Assembly: GCF_014280175.1 (NCBI RefSeq)
Contig: NZ_CP047931.1
Location: forward strand, 1,470,001 to 1,502,000
Source of the DNA: Synechococcus sp. A15-28
GTDB taxonomy: Bacteria; Cyanobacteriota; Cyanobacteriia; PCC-6307; Cyanobiaceae
Reading direction: 5' to 3'
DNA: 32,000 nt
This document shows, one piece after another, positions 25,361-32,000 of this stretch. Both the position numbers and the translations under genes were made by a program. The notes under the pieces are model-generated. The model did not search any database. It was not told where the DNA came from and saw nothing but the letters and a program-made list of their open reading frames with translations. Every line of letters begins with the position of its first letter. Position 1 is the first letter of the stretch.

Positions 25361-27604
25361 CTAGTTCTCAGTGAACTGGCCACTGCGCGCCAGGATCTCC
25401 TCAGCCGCACTGAAGTGAGGCTCCTCCAGCACCAGATCCTGGTTGTAGCGGTAGTTCTCGTGCAGAAACCTGGACTGTGCCACAGCTTCTTCCACGCCGT
25501 TGATGGCACCGACTGCCCGTGAGCGCACGCTCTTCTGCTGCTCCAGGTCGTCGGCATGCAGTGAGAGCTGCAGTTCATCCCGCAACACCGACAGATGAGC
25601 GGCGCTCTTCACCACGCCATAGATGCGTTGAACCCGATCCCGCTCGATCGATTCCACCCCCAGGGTGTGGGCCCGTTCCAGTTCGGAATCCAGACTCGGC
25701 CAGTAGCGAGAGGTGTAATAAGCACCGGAGTCCTGGTGATACCAGGCTTCACTGCGGGCGATGGAGGAAGACACGGTGTTGTGCAGCTTCCACAGGAACA
25801 AGCGCAGCGATTCACCATCGCTGACCCGGTCGAGCTTGTCCTGCAGGGAAACCTCAATGGTGCTTGTGGCCTCATCCGATCCCAGCAGCAGGTACTCGAT
25901 GGGATACATCGACACCTCGCGGTTGCGCACCACGTAGCGATTGAGATGGAAACGGCAATACGGGCAGGGATACATCGTGGCCAGTGCAGCGAAGAAAGCC
26001 TTGAACGCCTCCACCGATTGCTGCTGCTGCCCATCCGGTTGGTCTGCGATCAGTTCCGCGCTGGTGTGCATGAAGCGCCAGGTCGCGGGGCCGATGTAAT
26101 AGGGGAAGCTCACCCGCATCTGGCTGGCCTCCACGTCATGCCGGCCGACGTGCAGATCCAGGAAGGCGACGTACTGACACAGGAAACCGGATTCACGCCC
26201 GAATTCCTCACGCTCCCGGCGTTTCTGAACACCGTTGAGATAGTGACGCGTCAGCTCCCAGGCCCGCTTCAGCTCCTTCTTCACGCCAAGAGGACGGGAA
26301 TTGAAGGCCTCTTCAGTGGCGTGGCCATAGAGATCGAACTCGCCTGCGGCATGGCGTTCGGCGAACCAGGCATTGAGATCGGCATCATCGGCGTCGTCCC
26401 AGGCCGAGATGTCGTCCTTGGTCACGACTGAGCTCGCCCGCAGCAACAGTGGCATGAACTCGTCGTACCAGTAAGCCGTCGGCATGATCGATCCGGCGAA
26501 GCGCTCATCGTCGGGGTCTACGATCACGCGCTGCCAGCTCTCGTGATACGGACGGCTTGATGCCGGTTTCTGATGATCCAGCTCAGCGGTGACCTCGCGA
26601 TGGTCATCCAGCTGGCGCAGGCGATTCAGCTCATGGCTCTGCAGATCCTCATTGGTGACCTGATCCGGGCTGTGGCCATGCAGCGCCGCCGTGAGCAACA
26701 CCTCCAGCACCACGGAAATGATCTGATGGTGATGGTCGAGCTCCGCCAGTTCCTGCTCCAGCCGACCCTCCGCCTCCAGCATCGCCTCGCTGGGAGACAT
26801 TGACTCCCAGTTGGCCATGCGCTCGCGCAAGGCCTCTTCAGCACCATTCACCGAAGCCCGCAGGCTTTCGAAGGGCTCCTCAGCGCCAGGCTCAACAATG
26901 CCAAGGGAGAGGTAGAGATCCACAGCCGCATTCACGAACCGAACAAAGTCCGGAATCGTGTAGGGAAGGTCGTAGGCCCGGAGATGGGTCTCGGAATTGG
27001 CGGAATAGCTCTCGCGGAAACTGCGGTAGGCCGCACCCTGGATCAATCGGAACCAACCGATCTGCATCTGCAGCGGCGACGTGCCCTTGTGATCACCCTT
27101 GTGACCCCGATCTGAAAGGGAGGCACCGCGGGACACCGCGTGGGAATCAACGGCTCGATGCCCGCCGGTGTAAGCGCGTGGATGGGCTTCGAACCCTTCG
27201 GGCAGGTAATCCAGCAGTCGCTGGAGGTCAATGCGTTCTGAGCCATCCCGTGCCATCTCGATCGCGATGGCATCGGCCGTCTGCTCGGACACCTCAAACA
27301 GATGGATCAACCGTTTGAGATCCTCCAGCTCGATCCAGCCATCACCGTCCTGATCGAGCAGTCGGAACGCCTCGCGGGCCTTGAGATCGGCATCCCCCAC
27401 CTGGAGAGCCAACAGGATGCGCCAATCGTTGAGGGTGATGGCTCCATCCTTAAGCCGGTAAGCGTCAATGGCGCCCTTCAGGTCGTCCACGGTCATGTCC
27501 GCTCCGCCAGCTTGCAGCCGGTCAGCCATGAGCTCCGCCGTCAACCCGCTGGGGGGCAAATAGTCGAACAACCTCTCAAAGGTGACCGATGCCATTGCAG
27601 CCAT
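25361..27604 (-). CDS. EF-hand (calmodulin-like) plus Erv1/Alr-type sulfhydryl oxidase-like domain protein
   Basis: EF-hand loop DQDGDGWIELED plus GPATWRFMHTSAELI...FFAALATMYPCPYCRFHLNRYVVRN...LRLFLWKLHNTVSSSI matching the ERV/ALR pattern; start likely at 27604 or 27595. Confidence 0.75.
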   Translation of the reverse strand: MAAMASVTFERLFDYLPPSGLTAELMADRLQAGGADMTVDDLKGAIDAYRLKDGAITLNDWRILLALQVGDADLKAREAFRLLDQDGDGWIELEDLKRLIHLFEVSEQTADAIAIEMARDGSERIDLQRLLDYLPEGFEAHPRAYTGGHRAVDSHAVSRGASLSDRGHKGDHKGTSPLQMQIGWFRLIQGAAYRSFRESYSANSETHLRAYDLPYTIPDFVRFVNAAVDLYLSLGIVEPGAEEPFESLRASVNGAEEALRERMANWESMSPSEAMLEAEGRLEQELAELDHHHQIISVVLEVLLTAALHGHSPDQVTNEDLQSHELNRLRQLDDHREVTAELDHQKPASSRPYHESWQRVIVDPDDERFAGSIMPTAYWYDEFMPLLLRASSVVTKDDISAWDDADDADLNAWFAERHAAGEFDLYGHATEEAFNSRPLGVKKELKRAWELTRHYLNGVQKRREREEFGRESGFLCQYVAFLDLHVGRHDVEASQMRVSFPYYIGPATWRFMHTSAELIADQPDGQQQQSVEAFKAFFAALATMYPCPYCRFHLNRYVVRNREVSMYPIEYLLLGSDEATSTIEVSLQDKLDRVSDGESLRLFLWKLHNTVSSSIARSEAWYHQDSGAYYTSRYWPSLDSELERAHTLGVESIERDRVQRIYGVVKSAAHLSVLRDELQLSLHADDLEQQKSVRSRAVGAINGVEEAVAQSRFLHENYRYNQDLVLEEPHFSAAEEILARSGQFTEN

Positions 27605-27639
27605 CAGGAAAGCAATCCAGTGACTTGAAGTTAATGAGA

Positions 27640-29451
27640 TCAGCGGCCTCCGGCCGTACCCGGCAGCACGCTGCCGAGATCCAGCCCGTCCGCCAGTTGA
27701 ACCCCTCGGCGATGCAGCGCCCGCAGAGCACGGCGTTGAAACTCCCGTTCCGTCGTCCATTGCTCGCCGGCCCGAGTCACCAGCAGCACCTGCATCTGCA
27801 CACCGAGAGCCGTGGTGCGCTTGATGCCCCGAAGGATCGGATCCCCCAGCAACCGATTGCCCCAGACAGGGTCCACACAGAAGTCTTCGATCTCAAGGGA
27901 CAACGTCCGGTAGACGATCTCCAGATCCGTTTGACGGTGGGAAATCACAAAGGTGACCAGGCTTCCGGAGCGCAGCTTCGTGTGGTTTCGCATCTGCAGG
28001 ATCGAGGAATTGTCGAGGATGTTCATCCGTTGATCCAGGCAGCGGATCTGGGTGCTGAACAGGCCCATCTCGATCACTTCTCCTTCGATGCCCGCCACCT
28101 CGATCCAATCGCCAACGGCGTAACGGTCCTCCAGCAACATCACCAATCCAGCCGAAAAATCCCTCAGCAATCCCTGGAACACAAACGCCAGCGCTCCCAG
28201 CAAGGCACCACCGGCCAGCACCAACGACACCGACGCGGAACGCACACCGGGGACATCCAGCAGCACCCAGAGCAACACCACGCCGATCCCGACCACATTG
28301 ATCAGCCGATGGGTTGTGCTCAGCAAACTGCGATAGCGCTGCTGACGCCGGGCCTGCAGCCGCCGGGGGACATCCACATCCCCCGACCACTGGCTGAGCA
28401 GGAAGGTGCTCAGACTGCGCAACAGGAACGTGGCCAGGGTCACCGCCAGAAACTTGATCACAGCAAGCGATGGCTGCAGCACCAGCTCAATCCCTAGAGG
28501 AACTTTCCCGGGGATGGCCACCACCAGGACTCCGATCATCAAGACCAGCAGGTACAGCATCAGCAGCAGCAGCAGCACAGCGATGGTCAGAGCCTGTTCG
28601 GCGTGTAACCGGGTCTCCCCCCTGCGGTCAGAACGGCCCTTGGCCCGAAGCTCGCCATGCAGGCGTGAGGTGCGTTGCCGCAGTCGGCGCCAGAGCAGCA
28701 GCATGGCCGCAAACAACAACAGCAGCATCAGTTCCGTCACCACGACCAGACGGAAGCGTCGGGCCAACTGCGGCGGTGCGTAGATCCTCCGGGCATGGTT
28801 CAGGCGCCCCTCCAGGCGTTCCCGCCAGGCCTGGGCCAGCGCGAGCTCCCGCGCCCCATTGATCTCGGCATCGGCACGGGTCACGGTGAGAAGTGGGAAC
28901 GGTTGCTCACGTCCCGGCAACCGCGCCGCCAGCTGATAGGGACCACTGCCGTCCCGCAGCACCTCCAGGGTCAGTGGCGTGCCGGAACGATCCAGGCCGT
29001 AGCGCTGACCCGCCGTGCAGACGTGAGCGTCGGACTGAAGCAGGCGGTCCAGCATCCACTCGCTGAGCCGCTCGCCGAAACTGCAGAGCTGGTTCGGGTC
29101 GTAGAGGGCGCGCAGATTCCCTTCAATCACCCTGGCCCTGAGCGACGCCTCAATCCCGCTCGGCTCCCCCAGCTGTACCGGGCTGGCAACGGTGATGGCA
29201 GGCACCCCCAGAACCCGAACCTTGGCCAGCTCGTATTTCCCCTCGAACTGCGCCTGCCTGTCCTGTTGTTGCGCAGGGGAGCCCGCCGGACTTGGTGGAA
29301 TGAAATCGAGGATCGAGGCCTGAGCCACCAGGGGCATCAACGCCAACAGCGCTGCCGTTAACCAAAGACCCAGGCGTCGTCTGAAGCGAAACACGCTCAA
29401 CCCGAGGTTGTCTGGACCATTTTGCTGTCCCTGAGGACGGTTCGCAGCCAC
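27640..29451 (-). CDS. MscS-family mechanosensitive ion channel with N-terminal signal/extension
   Basis: 603 aa; [75 protein letters not shown]. Confidence 0.9.
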   Translation of the reverse strand: MAANRPQGQQNGPDNLGLSVFRFRRRLGLWLTAALLALMPLVAQASILDFIPPSPAGSPAQQQDRQAQFEGKYELAKVRVLGVPAITVASPVQLGEPSGIEASLRARVIEGNLRALYDPNQLCSFGERLSEWMLDRLLQSDAHVCTAGQRYGLDRSGTPLTLEVLRDGSGPYQLAARLPGREQPFPLLTVTRADAEINGARELALAQAWRERLEGRLNHARRIYAPPQLARRFRLVVVTELMLLLLFAAMLLLWRRLRQRTSRLHGELRAKGRSDRRGETRLHAEQALTIAVLLLLLMLYLLVLMIGVLVVAIPGKVPLGIELVLQPSLAVIKFLAVTLATFLLRSLSTFLLSQWSGDVDVPRRLQARRQQRYRSLLSTTHRLINVVGIGVVLLWVLLDVPGVRSASVSLVLAGGALLGALAFVFQGLLRDFSAGLVMLLEDRYAVGDWIEVAGIEGEVIEMGLFSTQIRCLDQRMNILDNSSILQMRNHTKLRSGSLVTFVISHRQTDLEIVYRTLSLEIEDFCVDPVWGNRLLGDPILRGIKRTTALGVQMQVLLVTRAGEQWTTEREFQRRALRALHRRGVQLADGLDLGSVLPGTAGGR

Positions 29452-30062
29452 GGAAGGCTCAGACCGATCACGTTTGAATAACAGCCTTCTAATCCCGCAA
29501 TCAGGGGAGCACCGCGGCCCTCCAAAGCGAAACCGCCGGCGCAGTGAAGTGGCTCCCCGGTGGCGACGTAGGCGTGGATCTCCTCCTCCGTGAGCGCAGC
29601 GAAGTGGACCCTGGTGCTGATGCAGATCAAACGGTTCTCACCGCCGCGAACCAGCAGGGCGTGACCGGTGAGCAGCGAACCGCTGCCTCCGGCCATGCGC
29701 CGCCAGCGCGCGACAGCCTCCTCCGCATCCTGAGGTTTGCCGAACACCTCCCCCTCGAACAGCAGCAGCGAATCGCACCCCAAGACCAGGGAGATGTCAG
29801 GGTCAATGTCCTCCCGAACGGCAGAGGCCTTGGCCAGGGCCAACTGCTGCACCAGCTGGGAGGGATCGTCGTTACGGATGGTGCTTTCATCCACGCCGCT
29901 GACGCGCACGCGATGGGGGATCTGCGCCAGTTCAAGCAGCCGGCGGCGGGCCGGCGATGCAGAAGCCAGAAGCAGCACGGAATCACTCCGGCAGGAACAC
30001 TCCGTAGGCTGCCAGCACTGGGAGATTCCGCCATCGAGCATCCCACTGAGCTTCTTGATCAA
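29397..30062 (-). CDS. maf: Maf-like nucleoside triphosphate pyrophosphatase
   Basis: [23 protein letters not shown]...[25 protein letters not shown]...[21 protein letters not shown]; likely internal start. Confidence 0.9.
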   Translation of the reverse strand: MIKKLSGMLDGGISQCWQPTECSCRSDSVLLLASASPARRRLLELAQIPHRVRVSGVDESTIRNDDPSQLVQQLALAKASAVREDIDPDISLVLGCDSLLLFEGEVFGKPQDAEEAVARWRRMAGGSGSLLTGHALLVRGGENRLICISTRVHFAALTEEEIHAYVATGEPLHCAGGFALEGRGAPLIAGLEGCYSNVIGLSLPWLRTVLRDSKMVQTTSG

Positions 30063-30089
30063 CGCAGCCGAGCACGGGCCCTGCGCTCC

Positions 30090-30413
30090 ATGCGCTGCCT
30101 GCCCTTTTCGGCAGCGCTATACCGGGAGCTGCAGCGGCAGGGGCTGGATGCCGACACCATCTGGCAAGACAAGTCCCGCTTCGGTCGTGGCCCGACCTGG
30201 CCACGGGATGGGGAACACCTTGAAGACGATCTGCGCTGGCTGATCACCGTGGGCGTGCTGCGGCGGGAAGTGGACGGCCAGGGGCTCACCAGTCGCTTTC
30301 GACTCACACCCCTGGGACGGGATCTGCTGGAGGCCCGTCAGGCTGAGCTGCTGCAGCCACCGGGCTGGAACGATCGTCTACGGCAGGCGCTGCGGCGCCG
30401 CTGGCCGTTTTGA
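30090..30413 (+). CDS. Conserved cyanobacterial protein (Npun_F0494-like)
   Basis: [17 protein letters not shown]...[34 protein letters not shown]; family assignment from recalled pattern. Confidence 0.6.
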   Translation: MRCLPFSAALYRELQRQGLDADTIWQDKSRFGRGPTWPRDGEHLEDDLRWLITVGVLRREVDGQGLTSRFRLTPLGRDLLEARQAELLQPPGWNDRLRQALRRRWPF

Positions 30414-31900
30414 ACGTGCAGCGTCCACTGATGGTGCTGGGGACCTCCAGTGGTGCCGGCAAATCCCTGATGACCGCCGCCCTCTGCCGGGTGCTGCGCC
30501 GCCACGGTGAACAACCCCTGCCGTTCAAAGGGCAGAACATGAGCAACAACGCCTGGGTGGATGCCGATGGCGGCGAGATGGCGTACTCCCAGGCGATGCA
30601 GGCCTGGGCTGCCGGTCTGGAGCCCTGCTGTGCGATGAATCCGGTGCTGCTCAAGCCGCGGGGCGACAGCACCAGTGAGGTGATCCATGGCGGCCGCAGC
30701 GTTGGCCTGGCCCGAGCAGAGCATTACTACCGCGACTGGTTCCGTCCCGGCTGGCAGGCGATCCGCAGCGGGTTGAGCGAGCTGCAGCAGCGGTGGCCCC
30801 AAGGCCGGCTGGTGCTGGAGGGGGCCGGCAGTCCGGTGGAGGTGAATCTGCAGCGACGGGACCTCACCAACCTGCGACTGGCTCAGTACCTCCGCGCCAA
30901 CTGCCTGCTGGTGGCGGACATCGAACGCGGCGGCGTCTTCGCCCAGATCGTCGGCACGCTGGCACTGTTGCGCCCGGTGGAACGGCACTTGATCAAAGGC
31001 ATCCTGATCAACCGTTTCCGCGGGCGACGGGAGCTGTTCGATGAAGGGCGCAGCTGGCTGGAACAACACACAGGCGTTCCGGTGCTTGGCGTCATGCCCT
31101 GGCTGAACGATCTGTTCCCACCGGAGGATTCCCTCGATCTGCTGGAGCGCAAACCGAGCCGAGGGCCCACCGATCTGGAGATCGCGGTGCTGAAGTTGCC
31201 GTCAATCAGCAACTTCTCCGATCTGGACCCATTGGAAGCAGAACCCAGCCTGCGGCTGCGCTGGGTACACCCTGGCGACAGCCTCGGAAGCCCTGATGCT
31301 GTGCTGCTGCCCGGAAGCAAACAGACCCTGCGGGACCTCGAGGCTCTGCGCAGCAGCGGACTGGACCGTCAACTGGTGGAATTCACCAGTCGTGGAGGCT
31401 CACTGCTGGCGATCTGCGGTGGCATGCAGCTGATCGGGCGCGCGTTGCACGACCCAGATCAACTGGAGGGAGGCGATGGGGTTGGGCCCTGGCCCGGGCT
31501 CGGGCTGTTGCCCCTCACCACGCGCTTCGGTGGAACAAAGGCCCTGCGGCAACGCGAGGTGCAAGCGCTCTGGCCGGAAACAACCCCGATCTCCGGCTTC
31601 GAACTGCACCACGGCAGCACCCAGGCCAGCGATGACCTGCTGCCGCTCTGCCATGAGCCGGGTCTCGGCTGGTGGAGCTCAACGCCATCTGGTGGGACCA
31701 TCATCGGCACTTATCTGCATGGTCTTCTCGACAACGGCCCCTGGCGGCGTCATTGGCTGAATCAACTGCGCAAACGCAAGGGGCTGACGGACCTGGCCAC
31801 CAACCTGCCGAACCATGGGGAGCACCGCCATCAACTGCTCGAACGCCTGGCCGATGCCTTCGAGCAACATGTGGACCTCTCACCCCTGTTGCAGTCGTGA
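30410..31900 (+). CDS. cobQ: Cobyric acid synthase
   Basis: [45 protein letters not shown]..., YLHGLLDN. Confidence 0.95.
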   Translation: MNVQRPLMVLGTSSGAGKSLMTAALCRVLRRHGEQPLPFKGQNMSNNAWVDADGGEMAYSQAMQAWAAGLEPCCAMNPVLLKPRGDSTSEVIHGGRSVGLARAEHYYRDWFRPGWQAIRSGLSELQQRWPQGRLVLEGAGSPVEVNLQRRDLTNLRLAQYLRANCLLVADIERGGVFAQIVGTLALLRPVERHLIKGILINRFRGRRELFDEGRSWLEQHTGVPVLGVMPWLNDLFPPEDSLDLLERKPSRGPTDLEIAVLKLPSISNFSDLDPLEAEPSLRLRWVHPGDSLGSPDAVLLPGSKQTLRDLEALRSSGLDRQLVEFTSRGGSLLAICGGMQLIGRALHDPDQLEGGDGVGPWPGLGLLPLTTRFGGTKALRQREVQALWPETTPISGFELHHGSTQASDDLLPLCHEPGLGWWSSTPSGGTIIGTYLHGLLDNGPWRRHWLNQLRKRKGLTDLATNLPNHGEHRHQLLERLADAFEQHVDLSPLLQS

Positions 31901-32000
31901 GCAGCATCGCCGTGCGCTGGCCGGATGGCCACACCACACAGGAGACCGTTGGCAGCGACTGGTTGCAGGCTGCTGCCAAGGCGGGGGTTGCCATTCCCAC
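31897..32000 (+). CDS. 2Fe-2S ferredoxin-like protein, N-terminal part, truncated by window edge
   Basis: GTG start overlapping cobQ stop; (M)[34 protein letters not shown]; the cysteine motif lies beyond the window. Confidence 0.55.
   Translation, partial: MSSIAVRWPDGHTTQETVGSDWLQAAAKAGVAIP

Noticed and set aside
25595-26431. 278-aa plus-strand ORF
   Set aside because: Antisense to the EF-hand/Erv-like gene, no protein-like motifs.
27589-28497. 302-aa plus-strand ORF
   Set aside because: Antisense to the MscS-type channel gene, no family features.
29544-30089. N-terminal extension of the 29544-30413 ORF
   Set aside because: Antisense to maf; the real gene most likely starts at about 30090.

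Overview
The window looks like a marine picocyanobacterial (Synechococcus-type) chromosome segment: conserved core genes interrupted by AT-richer accessory DNA. Core genes are lepA (partial), an SMR transporter, mqo, a NifU-like protein, DUF4079 paralogs, an aminotransferase class V gene, murE, glutaredoxin-like, yidD, rpsD, an EF-hand/Erv-ALR-like protein, an MscS-type channel, maf, cobQ and a partial ferredoxin. The main accessory structure is a ~8.5 kb integrated element (about 4353-12837). It is bounded by a 35-bp near-perfect direct repeat (34/35) lying inside the 5' coding sequence of the aminotransferase gene. The displaced native N-terminus (MAFRNF-CPALLNKTYFN-stop) remains at the left end, and the element supplies a substitute start (MDTNKLRSQ-CPALLNKTYFNYGG) at the right end. 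The element carries a divergent tyrosine recombinase and paired TTTAGTCACA repeats (12-bp spacing) near both ends. It also has an iteron-like array of five contiguous 29-bp units upstream of a helix-turn-helix-like ORF, with one solitary partial copy downstream of that ORF. Its cargo is an ion channel (in a segment flanked by 28-bp direct repeats), a fasciclin-domain protein and several small or secreted proteins. A second insertion (about 16765-20098) appears to sit in the rpsD 3' end: a 16-bp exact repeat, an alternative YSRKV-stop ending, and a probable original rpsD terminator now ~3.4 kb downstream. Its largest ORF encodes a protein with class-I glutamine-amidotransferase-like motifs (CLGHQ...FHPE). 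A fatty acid desaturase gene is bracketed by an imperfect ~80-bp duplication of the sequence leading into the DUF4079 gene. All calls are from reading sequence and motifs; no database search was run.
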